From positions 886 to 64,885 of the forward strand of contig CANQBI010000002.1 in NCBI GenBank assembly GCA_947589435.1: 64,000 bases of DNA, written 5' to 3'. Positions 7,003-18,572 of this stretch are shown here, in pieces. A program made the translations under genes and the position numbers. Below the pieces are notes generated by a model that worked only from the letters and a program-made list of their open reading frames with translations, made no database searches and had not been told where the DNA came from. Source of the DNA: an uncultured Bacilli bacterium (GTDB lineage Bacteria; Bacillota_I; Bacilli_A; RF39; UBA660). Each line of letters starts with the position of its first letter. The first letter of the stretch is position 1.

Positions 7003-8007
7003 ATGGATGAAAGAAAGAAAGCCCTACTTAAAGAAATAGTGGAAAATTATGTTAAAACTGTAAAACCAGTTGGTAGTAATTCTCTATGTAAGAAGTTAAA
7101 ATGTTCTAGTGCCACAATTAGAAATGAAATGGCGGTCTTAGAGAATATGGGCTATATAGAGAAGAACCATATCTCAAGCGGTCGAATACCTAGTGAACTT
7201 GGTTATAAGTACTATGTGGAACATTTAATGGAACCTAAAGATTTAACGGGAGAAGATATGTTAAAATTACAAACAATATTTTCAAATCATGAACTAAAGG
7301 TGAGTGATGCCGTTACCAGATGTTTAGAAATCATTAGTGATTTAACTAATTATACATCGGTAGTTTTAGGTAGAAGTAGTAGTGATAATTTATTAAGACA
7401 ATTAAATATTATAGCCTTAGATAACCAAAAGATAGTAGCTATAGTTTGTACGGATAAAGGAATTGTCGAAAATAAAGAATTTAGTTTACCAGAGAATATT
7501 GACGCCGTAGAAATTGTCAAAATAGGCGAAATGGTTAATAAAATGTTAGTGGGTACACCAATTAATAAGGTGGCGGAAAAATTAGAATTTGAAATAAAGC
7601 CTATTATTGCCAAAAGAGTTAAAGATTATGAAACGGTTTACAATATTTTCTATGATGCTTTCAATGATTTTCTTCTTCATAACACGAATATTCATGTTTC
7701 GGGAAGAGTAAATTTACTTAAAGAACCGGAATATGATAATACCACGAGTATTAAAAGAATTGCCTCTAAGTTAGAGGATGATGCTTTTAAACAAATGGTT
7801 AATGATACTCCTGGTGGTGATGATTTACAGATTTATATTGGTAAAGACAGTAAATTTGATGATAATGTTACCGTAATTAAGAAAAAATATAAATCTAATG
7901 GCGAAGAAGGAACCATTGCCATCATTGGACCAAAGCGAATGGAATACGAAAGAGTCGTATCACTTCTTAACTATATGGTAGATAGAATTGAGGGAAAAGA
8001 TGAATAA
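7003..8007 (+). CDS. hrcA: heat-inducible transcription repressor HrcA
   Basis: The N-terminus MDERKKALLKEIVENYVKTVKPVGS is the typical HrcA wHTH, and two CIRCE sites lie upstream. The start is set at the ATG 8 nt after AAAGGTGG; the ORF track offers 6991. Confidence 0.9.
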   Translation: MDERKKALLKEIVENYVKTVKPVGSNSLCKKLKCSSATIRNEMAVLENMGYIEKNHISSGRIPSELGYKYYVEHLMEPKDLTGEDMLKLQTIFSNHELKVSDAVTRCLEIISDLTNYTSVVLGRSSSDNLLRQLNIIALDNQKIVAIVCTDKGIVENKEFSLPENIDAVEIVKIGEMVNKMLVGTPINKVAEKLEFEIKPIIAKRVKDYETVYNIFYDAFNDFLLHNTNIHVSGRVNLLKEPEYDNTTSIKRIASKLEDDAFKQMVNDTPGGDDLQIYIGKDSKFDDNVTVIKKKYKSNGEEGTIAIIGPKRMEYERVVSLLNYMVDRIEGKDE

Positions 8008-8530
8008 CGAAGAAATTAAAGAAGAAGTAAAGTGTGAAAAAAAAGAAGAGAAAAAGAAAGAACATAAAAAAGAAAATAAAGAAACATTAAAATTACAAGA
8101 AGAAAAAATGTTATTAAATGATAAACTCTTACGTATTAGTGCGGAAATGCAAAATATGAAAAAAAGATTTGAAGATGACCTTGCCAAAAGTTATAAATAT
8201 GGTGGTGAAGATGTCATCGTCAAAATGTTACCCATAATAGATAATTTTGAAAGAGCCATTAAACTTGATGATAGTAATTTATCTGATGAACTTTCAAAAT
8301 TCCTAGAGGGATTTAAAATGATTTATGGTAATTTAGTTAACATTTTAAATAGCTTGGATGTTAAAGAAATAGATTGCTATAAAAAAGAATTTGATCCTAG
8401 TTGTATGGAAGCAGTACTAACAAGTCATGAAGAAGGAATTGCACCAGGTATAGTAATTGATATCATGCAAAAAGGATATACTTATAAAGATAAAGTTATT
8501 AGAGTCGCTATGGTAAAAGTTAGCGAATAA
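8000..8530 (+). CDS. grpE: nucleotide exchange factor GrpE
   Basis: The N-terminus is a K/E-rich coiled coil. The core reads LLRISAEMQNMKKR...LPIIDNFERA...IMQKGY. The gene sits between hrcA and dnaK. The start at ATG 8000 overlaps the hrcA stop. Confidence 0.9.
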   Translation: MNNEEIKEEVKCEKKEEKKKEHKKENKETLKLQEEKMLLNDKLLRISAEMQNMKKRFEDDLAKSYKYGGEDVIVKMLPIIDNFERAIKLDDSNLSDELSKFLEGFKMIYGNLVNILNSLDVKEIDCYKKEFDPSCMEAVLTSHEEGIAPGIVIDIMQKGYTYKDKVIRVAMVKVSE

Positions 8531-8571
8531 AATTAAAAATACTCTTAAATTTAATAGAAAGAAAGGAATGA

Positions 8572-10398
<1,827 letters not shown>

Positions 10399-10406
10399 TA
10401 AGTTTT

Positions 10407-10440
10407 GTTAGGTTCTAAGATTTCTTAGAGCCTAACTTTT
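10407..10440 (+). terminator. rho-independent terminator after dnaK
   Basis: A 13-bp stem GTTAGGTTCTAAG / CTTAGAGCCTAAC (one G-U pair) is followed by TTTT. Confidence 0.7.
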
Positions 10441-10461
10441 AAGTTTAGAAAGGTAAGTCTT

Positions 10462-12264
10462 ATGGGAAAGAAAAGAAGCGAATTTAAAAGTGAATATAAA
10501 TGGAATACTAGTGATTTATTTAAAAGTGATGAAGAGGCTTTAAAAGAAATAGATAATTTAAGCAAAGAAGTTGATAAAGTAAAAAAATATGAAGGCCATA
10601 TTTTAGATAGTGCTTCTAGTTTATATGAATTATTAACTTTTGATACTAATTTAGAAAAAAGATTAGAAAGAGTATTTATCTATGGACACTTAAATAATGA
10701 TGCCGATACGAAAGATGTTAATAGTCAAACGTTATTTGGGAAATCAAGAAATGTTTATAGTAAATATTTAGAAAAATCAGCTTTTATAATACCTGAATTA
10801 TTAGAAAGTGATTATGAAAAAATAGAAAAGTATTTAAAAGAAGAACCTAAATTAAAAGAATTTGAGAGAATGCTTAAACATATTTATAGAGAAAAAGAGC
10901 ATGTTTTAAGTAAAGAAGTTGAAAGTGCTTTAGCAATATTTTCCAAGAGTTTTTCCGCACCCGAAGAAATTATGCAAACTTTAAGTGATAGTGATTTTAC
11001 TTTTGATGATATAGAAGTTGAGGGTAAAAAGGTAGAACTAACCGAAAGTAATTTTTCTACTTATATTAAAAATCCTAATCAAGAAGTAAGAAGGCAAGCC
11101 TTTGATTCTCTATATAAAACTTTTGAAAAATTTAAAAATTCCATTGCGGTTATTTTAAAAAATGAAGTAGAGAAGAATGCATCTAGTGCGAAATTAAGAA
11201 AATTTAAAAGTAGTCTATCTTCTTCCTTATTTAGTAATGAAATAGATGAAAAAGTATATTATAACTTAATTGAAGGAGTTCATAAACACCTGCCTTCACT
11301 TTATAAATACTTTGCTTTAAAGAAAAAAGAATTAGGTTTAAAAGAATTACATATCTATGATACTTATACATCTCTAGAAAGTAAAAAAACTAAAAAATAT
11401 ACTTTTGAAGAAGCTAAAGAATTAGTTTTAAAAGTATGTGCACCTTTAGGTAAAGAATATACAGGTATTTTAGAAAGAGCCTTCACGGAAGGTTGGATTG
11501 ATTCATGTAATAATGAAGGTAAAAGGGGAGGAGCTTATTGTACAGCTTGTTATATGACCCATCCTTATGTCTTATTAAGTTATGAAGGAACATTACAAGA
11601 TGTTTCCACGCTTGCTCATGAACTTGGTCATGCTATGCATTATTACTACGCTATTAATAATCAAAATTATCAAGATTATGGTTATAGTATCTTTGTGGCC
11701 GAAGTAGCCAGTCAAGTAAATGAAATATTACTTAGTCGGTATTTACTTGATAATTCGAAAGATAATCATGAAAAGAAAAAAATTATTGATGATTTGCTTC
11801 TTTCTTATAAGGCTTCTTTATTTAGACAAACAATGTTTGCCGAATTTGAGTTATTTATTCATGATTTTACGGAAAAAGGTAATATTTTAACTTATGAAAA
11901 TATGAGTGATAAATATTATGAACTTAATAAACTATATTTTGGCAAGGCAGTCGTAGTTGATGATAAAATAAGATATGAGTGGGAAAGAATACCCCATTTC
12001 TATATGAATTTCTATGTTTATCAATATGCCACATCTTTTACGGCAGCAATTAGTTTAGCAAATAAAATATATGAAGGTGATCAAGATACCTTAAAGAAAT
12101 ATTTAGAATTCTTAAAACTAGGATGTACTAAAGATCCAGTTGCTTCATTAAAAGTAGCGGGGATTGATATGACTAGTAGTAAAGTAATGGATGATGCGAT
12201 TTTATACATGGATAAATTATTAGAAATGTATGAAGATTTACAAGGAAGTGATAAGAGTGAATAA
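10462..12264 (+). CDS. pepF: oligoendopeptidase F (M3B family)
   Basis: It has the HELGHAMH zinc motif, a length of 600 aa, and the typical PepF N-terminus W.....F...... Confidence 0.85.
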   Translation: MGKKRSEFKSEYKWNTSDLFKSDEEALKEIDNLSKEVDKVKKYEGHILDSASSLYELLTFDTNLEKRLERVFIYGHLNNDADTKDVNSQTLFGKSRNVYSKYLEKSAFIIPELLESDYEKIEKYLKEEPKLKEFERMLKHIYREKEHVLSKEVESALAIFSKSFSAPEEIMQTLSDSDFTFDDIEVEGKKVELTESNFSTYIKNPNQEVRRQAFDSLYKTFEKFKNSIAVILKNEVEKNASSAKLRKFKSSLSSSLFSNEIDEKVYYNLIEGVHKHLPSLYKYFALKKKELGLKELHIYDTYTSLESKKTKKYTFEEAKELVLKVCAPLGKEYTGILERAFTEGWIDSCNNEGKRGGAYCTACYMTHPYVLLSYEGTLQDVSTLAHELGHAMHYYYAINNQNYQDYGYSIFVAEVASQVNEILLSRYLLDNSKDNHEKKKIIDDLLLSYKASLFRQTMFAEFELFIHDFTEKGNILTYENMSDKYYELNKLYFGKAVVVDDKIRYEWERIPHFYMNFYVYQYATSFTAAISLANKIYEGDQDTLKKYLEFLKLGCTKDPVASLKVAGIDMTSSKVMDDAILYMDKLLEMYEDLQGSDKSE

Positions 12265-13381
12265 AAAGGATTATTATGAAATATTGGGAGTTTCGAAAGA
12301 CGCCACCGATGAAGAAATTAAAAGAGCCTTTAGAGTTTTAGCTAAAAAATATCACCCTGATGTTAACAAAGAACCAGGGGCTGCTGAAAAGTTTAAAGAA
12401 ATAGGGGAAGCTTACCAAGTTTTATCTGATAAAAATAAAAGAAGTCAATACGACCAATTTGGTCATGCCGCTTTTGAAAACGGGGGAGCTTCAAACTTCG
12501 ATATGGGTGATATCAATTTAGATGATATCCTTTCGAGTATTTTTGGCGATAGCTTTGGTAGTTTTTCTTCCTTCTCCGACTTTGGGGGCTTTGGAAGAAG
12601 AAGACAATCTAATAAAGCTCGTCGAGGTGAAGATTTATTAATGCGCATTCGCCTAACTTTTGATGAAGCCGTTAACGGCTGTAAAAAAGATATTAAAGTT
12701 AAGGTTAGTGAGGTTTGTGATAATTGTCATGGTGAAGGTGGCTTTAATCCTTCAACTTGTCCAACATGTAAAGGTCGGGGCGTTGTAATTGCCGAACAAA
12801 GAAGTTTATTTGGAGTTATTCAAACGCAAAAGACTTGTCCGGAATGTGAAGGAACCGGTAAAATTTATCGTGAGGTATGTAATGAATGTCATGGTAGTGG
12901 AAACGTCGTTAATAACAAAGTTTTAAGTGTTAATGTTCCAGCTGGTGTTGATACTGGTAGCCAACTTCGTCTTAGCGGTAAAGGTGGGTCCGGGACTAAT
13001 GGGGGACCTAATGGCGACATTTATTTAGAATTTCAAGTTGAAGAACACAAATACTTTGAAAGAAACGATAATGATATTTACTTAGAAGTTCCAGTTACCA
13101 TTACGGATGCCATTTTAGGATGTAAAAAAGAAATTCCTACTCTAGATGGTAATGGCTATATTGAAATTAAACCGGGAACGCAAAATTATACAAAATTAAA
13201 ATTAAAAGGTAAAGGTATTAAAGAAGTAAATGGTAGTGGAAGAGGAGATATGTACGTTGTTGTTAATGTTATTATCCCAACAAAACTATCTAAAACTCAA
13301 AAAGATTTATTAAAAGAGCTTGCTGATACTAACTTAGAAAATGAACCCGAATTTGTCGATTTTAAAAGGTCTTTAAAATAA
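12257..13381 (+). CDS. dnaJ: co-chaperone DnaJ
   Basis: The J domain reads [10 protein letters not shown]...HPD. A G/F-rich region follows. There are four CxxCxGxG zinc motifs: [24 protein letters not shown] and CNECHGSG. The start is set at GTG 12257 after AAGGAAGTGA and overlaps the pepF stop by 8 nt. Confidence 0.93.
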   Translation: MNKKDYYEILGVSKDATDEEIKRAFRVLAKKYHPDVNKEPGAAEKFKEIGEAYQVLSDKNKRSQYDQFGHAAFENGGASNFDMGDINLDDILSSIFGDSFGSFSSFSDFGGFGRRRQSNKARRGEDLLMRIRLTFDEAVNGCKKDIKVKVSEVCDNCHGEGGFNPSTCPTCKGRGVVIAEQRSLFGVIQTQKTCPECEGTGKIYREVCNECHGSGNVVNNKVLSVNVPAGVDTGSQLRLSGKGGSGTNGGPNGDIYLEFQVEEHKYFERNDNDIYLEVPVTITDAILGCKKEIPTLDGNGYIEIKPGTQNYTKLKLKGKGIKEVNGSGRGDMYVVVNVIIPTKLSKTQKDLLKELADTNLENEPEFVDFKRSLK

Positions 13382-13390
13382 GGATTAATT

Positions 13391-13936
13391 ATGGAATATG
13401 TTGATGTTTATAATAACTTAGGAGAAAAACTAAATTATACTAAAGAGCGGAATAGTCTTCAAAAAGGGGAAAATAGAATATCTTGCTTTGCTTGGATACT
13501 AAATAGTAAAAATGAAATATTAATTCAACAAAGAGCAAGTAGTGTCAAAAATATGCCTAATATGTGGGAAACAGTTTCTGGTGGAGCCAAGACTGGAGAT
13601 ACTCCGTTATCGGGAACTATTAGAGAAATAAAAGAAGAATTAGGCATTGAGGCAAGTAAAGATAATATGGAACTTATTGGTTCATATAAAAGATATAATG
13701 ATTTTGTTGTTGTTTATTTATTAAAACAAGATATTAATTTAAACTCTATTAAAATGCAAGAAGATGAAGTTCAAAATGTTAAATATGTATCTTTAGAAGA
13801 ATATGCAAAGATGATTACGGATGGTCTTGCTGTCTCAAGTGGCTTTAATATTTTAAAAGAATACTTAGATAATTATTATCAAAAATATATGATTTTTAAA
13901 GATGGTAAGAGACTTATTTTAAGTTATAAAGACTAA
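13391..13936 (+). CDS. Nudix hydrolase
   Basis: The Nudix box is GGAKTGDTPLSGTIREIKEELGI. Confidence 0.8.
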   Translation: MEYVDVYNNLGEKLNYTKERNSLQKGENRISCFAWILNSKNEILIQQRASSVKNMPNMWETVSGGAKTGDTPLSGTIREIKEELGIEASKDNMELIGSYKRYNDFVVVYLLKQDINLNSIKMQEDEVQNVKYVSLEEYAKMITDGLAVSSGFNILKEYLDNYYQKYMIFKDGKRLILSYKD

Positions 13937-13990
13937 AAATATAAACTTTTAGACAAAATAGAACAAAACACGACAAAATTCGACAAAACT
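13931..13990. repeat. 10-bp-phased GACAAAA repeats (4-5 copies)
   Basis: The sequence is agacaaaata gaacaaaaca cgacaaaatt cgacaaaact, with an exact period of 10. A degenerate copy gactaaaa precedes it. Confidence 0.8.
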
Positions 13991-14015
13991 TCCTATGGAC
14001 ATTAGGAAGTTTTTT
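13985..14015 (+). terminator. rho-independent terminator
   Basis: The stem AAAACTTCCTA / TAGGAAGTTTT is followed by a T run. Confidence 0.75.
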
Positions 14016-14048
14016 GTGTTTAATAATACTTTAAAGAAAGGAGGGTTT

Positions 14049-14864
14049 ATGAAAATATTGAAAAAAGTATTATTAATTCTTTGTTTAATTTTATTTATCA
14101 GTTTAATAATTTTAAATATTTATCAATACACTAAAAATAATGATAAGATAGTTGTATATAAAATAGAAGAAACAATTAAAAATGATATACCTATTAAAGG
14201 AGCATTCTTTAAAACTAATAATTCTTTATTTTTAGGAATAGTTATTTATTCTCAAAGATATTTTGATGAAGATACTTATACAAAATTAGAATTATATTCG
14301 GAAAAAGATAACCAATTATTAAAAACAGAAAATTATAGTAAATATATGATTCTTAATGATTATGAATTGTATCATAATTATCTTGATAAAAATAATAAAT
14401 TAATTTTAAAGATTTATTATAAAGATAATACGGAAGAAGAAGTAAGTATTGATTTTAAAGAAATTTATCAAAATAGTTTAAAAAACACTTTAGAAAAATT
14501 TAAATTAAAAAGTTCTAAAGAAAAAATAATTGAAAAGGTAAATAATACTAAAAACAAATTAATTCTTAATATGATTCCTCAAGCTAATTTTTATATTTAT
14601 ATGTTTAATAATCATGAATCAGCGACATATATTCCGGAAAATAACACTTTGTCTTATTATCATTTATTAAAAGATAATGAGTATGATAGATACTATTTAG
14701 ATTTAAATAAATTAGAATTAATATATACTTATAGTGTTAATGATGAAGATGTTAAAACATATATTTATTCTTTAAATCATGATTATTGTGAAAAAGAAGA
14801 ATGTCAAGATTATAAGGCCAAAAAAGAAAATTTTGATAATTTAATATTAAAAATTATTTCTTAA
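14049..14864 (+). CDS. hypothetical membrane-anchored protein
   Basis: The start is set at the ATG after the AAAGGAGGG RBS. The track start at 13995 lies inside the terminator. The N-terminal TM is KKVLLILCLILFISLIILNIY. No recognisable motif. Confidence 0.6.
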   Translation: MKILKKVLLILCLILFISLIILNIYQYTKNNDKIVVYKIEETIKNDIPIKGAFFKTNNSLFLGIVIYSQRYFDEDTYTKLELYSEKDNQLLKTENYSKYMILNDYELYHNYLDKNNKLILKIYYKDNTEEEVSIDFKEIYQNSLKNTLEKFKLKSSKEKIIEKVNNTKNKLILNMIPQANFYIYMFNNHESATYIPENNTLSYYHLLKDNEYDRYYLDLNKLELIYTYSVNDEDVKTYIYSLNHDYCEKEECQDYKAKKENFDNLILKIIS

Positions 14865-14932
14865 ATTGTGCAACTTAAATTGACATATTTTGGCTATTTA
14901 GATATAATTTTTATATAGGAGATGCTGTATAA

Positions 14933-16186
14933 ATGGAGAGTGAAAGACTAGTAAAACTTAAAATGCGTAAAATCTATAAGTTAGGTTTATCATTTGTGGG
15001 ATTACTAATCTTTTTAACTTCTTTTTTAGGGGTATGTTACTTATTTTATGATAAAGTAATAGATCCTTCCAATGATATTGAAGTAAATGGAGCTTTATCC
15101 ATTAATTATGTTGATGGTAAAAGTTTTGATATTACTAAAAATAATAAAATAAAATTTTCGATTTCTAATAGTAGTGAAGATGTGCAATATTATAATATTG
15201 TTTTCTTAAAAATAAGAGGAGATGGAAGTTATAAAATTTTATATAATGATACTTTAATTAATGAAGGAAGTCTTAGTACGAAAGATGAAGTAGCTACGGA
15301 TTCTATTAGTATTGATGCTTTAGAAACTAAGATATATACCTTAGAAATTGATTCTAATGAAAATAATTTAAAAGGAGTAGTTAGTGTAAGAAGTTCTAAA
15401 GGTAAACAAGAAAATTTTGCATCGACTATTTTAAAAAATAATCCTTTTAGTGATAATTCCTTAACTAAAATTGGAAGTGATGCTGGAGTGGAAAATGAAG
15501 GCTTAATTAAAAGCAGTGATGATATTGGGGTATCTTACTTCTTTAGAGGTAATATATCTAATAATTATGTTAGTATTAATGATGTATTATGGCGAATTGT
15601 AAGAATTAATGGTGATGGCACTGTAAGATTAGTTTTAAATGATGTAACTAATGCGGTATCTAATTATTATAATACTGGGGAATTTGTTACGGATTATAAA
15701 GAAAGTAATATCTATTCTTATTTAGATACTTGGTTTCAAGAAAACTTAAGAGGTTATACATCAAATGTGGCTAATACAAGATTTTGTAATGATACAAGTG
15801 TTAATAATGAAGGTATATATTCGTCATATGCGCGGGTTATAACTAATAAAATACCAACTTTTAATTGTTTAAGTAATTCATTTACAAGTAAAATAGGCAT
15901 TTTAAGTGTGGATGAAGTCGTTATGGCCGGAGCTTATCCTGATGGAGGTAATAATAATTATTATTTATATAATAGTGAAATAAGCGATTCTTGGTTTACC
16001 ATGAGTGGCGCCAAGGGAAGTGATGCAACGCTTAATCTCTTTATGATTGATGCCAGTGGTAAAATAAAAAGTGATATAGCTGGAAGTGCTTATCACAGTG
16101 TCCGTCCTGTTATTAATTTAATTAAAAATACGCAAGTTACGGGTGATGGAACAATAGATAATCCTTACCAAATCGTTACCGAGTAA
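14933..16186 (+). CDS. membrane-anchored surface protein related to the C-terminal domain of cassette proteins B1/B2
   Basis: The N-terminal TM is LGLSFVGLLIFLTSFLGVCYLF. Motifs shared with B1/B2: YFFRGN.SNNYV...LWRIVRINGDGTVRL, GILSVDEV, SWFTMSG, VRPVINL...TGDGTIDNPYQIV. Confidence 0.6.
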   Translation: MESERLVKLKMRKIYKLGLSFVGLLIFLTSFLGVCYLFYDKVIDPSNDIEVNGALSINYVDGKSFDITKNNKIKFSISNSSEDVQYYNIVFLKIRGDGSYKILYNDTLINEGSLSTKDEVATDSISIDALETKIYTLEIDSNENNLKGVVSVRSSKGKQENFASTILKNNPFSDNSLTKIGSDAGVENEGLIKSSDDIGVSYFFRGNISNNYVSINDVLWRIVRINGDGTVRLVLNDVTNAVSNYYNTGEFVTDYKESNIYSYLDTWFQENLRGYTSNVANTRFCNDTSVNNEGIYSSYARVITNKIPTFNCLSNSFTSKIGILSVDEVVMAGAYPDGGNNNYYLYNSEISDSWFTMSGAKGSDATLNLFMIDASGKIKSDIAGSAYHSVRPVINLIKNTQVTGDGTIDNPYQIVTE

Positions 16187-16319
16187 TTGAATACTTTATA
16201 ATATTGTGTTATAATAAGTGTCAACATTTGCAAACATTCATGTAAAGCAAATGCTAGATACTTATTTTTATTTACATAAAGTGTTAAAATGGTTATGTAA
16301 CTAATTAGGTGGTGAAAAT

Positions 16320-16907
16320 ATGAAGTTATTAGAAGATATACTTTATTTAATTAATTCTTTTAGTATGGTTGATATTATCTTTTTCTTTGCCATCATTGCT
16401 TTACTAATCTTGCTAGTAACTTTAGTTTATTTTATAAAGATTAATAAAGATGTTTTAGATAGTGATGATTTATTTAAACATTTAGAAGATGATTTAAAAG
16501 AAGATGAGAAAAAAGAAGAAGTAGTGGAAAAAGTTAAACCCGAAGAACCCGAAAAGAAAGAGGAAGAAGAATTTAATGATGAAGAAGGAGAACTTTTAGA
16601 TTTAAAGGCTTTAACAGAAAAACTCCAAAAAGAAAATATTGAATCCTCAAGTAATTTTGAATATGAAAAAGAACAAGAAGAAAAAGCGATTATTAGTTAT
16701 GATGAGTTATTACAAAAGAAAAATAAGTATGCCGTAAATTATGAAAAAGAAGAAGTAATGGATGATTTAGTCGTTAAAAAAGTTGATTTAAATGATTTAG
16801 TTAATAAAAATGAATTAGATGAAGTAAAAGAAGTAAGAGTTATTAGTTATGAAAAAGAAGAAGCTTTCTTAAATGCTTTAAAGGAACTTAATAAACTCTT
16901 AAATTAA
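16320..16907 (+). CDS. hypothetical membrane-anchored acidic protein
   Basis: An N-terminal TM IIFFFAIIALLILLVTLVYFI is followed by an E/K-rich region. Confidence 0.55.
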   Translation: MKLLEDILYLINSFSMVDIIFFFAIIALLILLVTLVYFIKINKDVLDSDDLFKHLEDDLKEDEKKEEVVEKVKPEEPEKKEEEEFNDEEGELLDLKALTEKLQKENIESSSNFEYEKEQEEKAIISYDELLQKKNKYAVNYEKEEVMDDLVVKKVDLNDLVNKNELDEVKEVRVISYEKEEAFLNALKELNKLLN

Positions 16908-16919
16908 AGGGTGGTTTTA

Positions 16920-18167
16920 ATGAAGTTTTATATTGAAACTTTTGGTTGTAAAGTAAATGCTTATGAATCAAATTATTTAAAAGAAGCCTTATTGAGTGAA
17001 GGCTTCTTATTTACACATGACTTAAATGAAGCGGAGATTGTTTTAGTTAATACTTGTACTGTTACCAATACTTCTGATAGTAAATGTAAAAAGTTTGTAA
17101 GAAAAGTAAAAAGAGAAAATCCTAAAGCTATTCTTGTGGTATTTGGTTGTAGTAGTCAAAATAAACCGGAAGAATATAAAGAGATTGGAGTAGACATTTT
17201 ACTTGGTAATAAAAATAAAGTAAAGATACCAAGCCTTATTAAAGATTATTTAAAAACTAAAGAAAAATATTACTATGTCGATAAAAATCGTGATTTAGAA
17301 TTTGAAAGTATGATGATAAATGATTTTAATCATACAAGAGCATTTATTAAAATTCAAGATGGTTGTGATAATTTTTGCTCTTATTGTATAATTCCTTTTA
17401 TGAGAGGTAAATGTCGCAGTAAAAACTTTGAAGAAATTATTAAAGAAGCTAAGGAACTTTCCAAAAACCATCAAGAAATAGTTTTAACGGGTATTCATAC
17501 CGGTTCTTATAGTGATAATGGTCATGATTTAGTCGATGTTATTAATGAATTATCTAAAATCGATAATATTAAAAGAATAAGACTATCTAGTGTCGAAATT
17601 ACCGAGTTAAATGCTAAGTTTATGGATATGCTTAAAACTAATGAGAAATTCTGTAATCATTTACATATCCCCCTTCAAGCTGGAAGTAATCACGTTTTAT
17701 CTTTAATGAACAGGAAATATAATATGGAATATTTCTTTAATAAAATAAAAGAAATTAGAAGTATTAGACCTGATATTGCTATTTCTACCGATATTATTGT
17801 GGGATTTCCAGAAGAAACTGACAAAGATTTTATGGAAACTTATGAAAATGCCAAAAAATTAGCATTTAGTAAAATACACGTTTTCCCTTATTCTAAAAGA
17901 GATGGCACCAAAGCTAGTCTAATGAAAGAAGTACCATCTATAGATAAATCTAAAAGGGACCATAAACTTCTTAATCTATCCGATATTCTAGAAAAACAAT
18001 ATCAAGATAAATTTATAGGTAAACCTTTAGATATTCTAATTGAAGAAGTAAAGAATGGTAAATCTATTGGACATTCTTCAAACTATATTAGAGTAGTAAT
18101 AGATAAAGAATTAACTAAGAATAAAATTTATAATATTATCTATGATGGTAATAAAATAAACTCTTAA
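16920..18167 (+). CDS. mtaB: tRNA methylthiotransferase, MtaB-like radical SAM enzyme
   Basis: The N-terminus is FYIETFGCKVNAYES and the radical SAM motif is CDNFCSYCIIP. Its position downstream of dnaJ matches yqeV in B. subtilis. The start is set after the AGGGTGG RBS. Confidence 0.75.
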   Translation: MKFYIETFGCKVNAYESNYLKEALLSEGFLFTHDLNEAEIVLVNTCTVTNTSDSKCKKFVRKVKRENPKAILVVFGCSSQNKPEEYKEIGVDILLGNKNKVKIPSLIKDYLKTKEKYYYVDKNRDLEFESMMINDFNHTRAFIKIQDGCDNFCSYCIIPFMRGKCRSKNFEEIIKEAKELSKNHQEIVLTGIHTGSYSDNGHDLVDVINELSKIDNIKRIRLSSVEITELNAKFMDMLKTNEKFCNHLHIPLQAGSNHVLSLMNRKYNMEYFFNKIKEIRSIRPDIAISTDIIVGFPEETDKDFMETYENAKKLAFSKIHVFPYSKRDGTKASLMKEVPSIDKSKRDHKLLNLSDILEKQYQDKFIGKPLDILIEEVKNGKSIGHSSNYIRVVIDKELTKNKIYNIIYDGNKINS

Positions 18168-18196
18168 GATAAGAATTAAAATATCTTATCTTTTTT
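18166..18196 (+). terminator. rho-independent terminator
   Basis: The stem AAGATAAGA / TCTTATCTT is followed by a T run. Confidence 0.75.
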
Positions 18197-18217
18197 ACAT
18201 TTCTAAAAATCTTCCTA

Positions 18218-18246
18218 TTGACTAAATAAAATAAATATTATATTAT
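18218..18246 (+). promoter_or_regulatory. promoter of cassette 1
   Basis: TTGACT, 17-nt spacer, TATTAT. A TCCTATT motif (18213-18219) overlaps the -35 hexamer. Confidence 0.5.
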
Positions 18247-18284
18247 TTAAATGTAAGGTAGAAGGATATTTTTTATTTGTAATT

Positions 18285-18306
18285 AATATTCGGTATTTAC
18301 AACATA
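18285..18306 (+). promoter_or_regulatory. conserved 5'-leader motif AATATTCGGTATTTACAACATA (copy 1 of 3)
   Basis: Related copies lie at 36428-36449 and 54588-54607. The consensus is ATAT(T)CGGTAT-N4-AACAT. Confidence 0.5.
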
Positions 18307-18355
18307 AGTATAAAATTAAATAAATATATAAATAATATAAAAGAGGTAAAAGAGT

Positions 18356-18445
18356 ATGAAGAAAGAGAATAAAAACTTAGTATTATATGTAGGATTAACT
18401 ATATTAGTAGTTCTAATAAGTAGCATCGGGGGGGGGTTATTGTAA
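18356..18445 (+). CDS. 29-codon leader ORF carrying a G9 tract (probable detached N-terminus of the next gene)
   Basis: An AAGAGGT RBS lies 9 nt before the ATG. The product is MKKENKNLVLYVGLTILVVLISSIGGGLL*. The G9 tract at 18428-18436 encodes GGG. The stop comes 2 codons later. Confidence 0.6.
   Translation: MKKENKNLVLYVGLTILVVLISSIGGGLL
18428..18436. repeat. G9 homopolymer tract inside coding sequence
   Basis: The sequence reads gcatcGGGGGGGGGttattg. Confidence 0.95.
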
Positions 18446-18572
18446 CACCCTAATATCTTTAGTATTCATACCATTTAATAATCTAAAATATAAACTTTAT
18501 AATATAAAAGAAAAATATAATAATTTAAAATATAAACGAGAAATAACCTATATCATTCTCGGTCTTTTTGTT

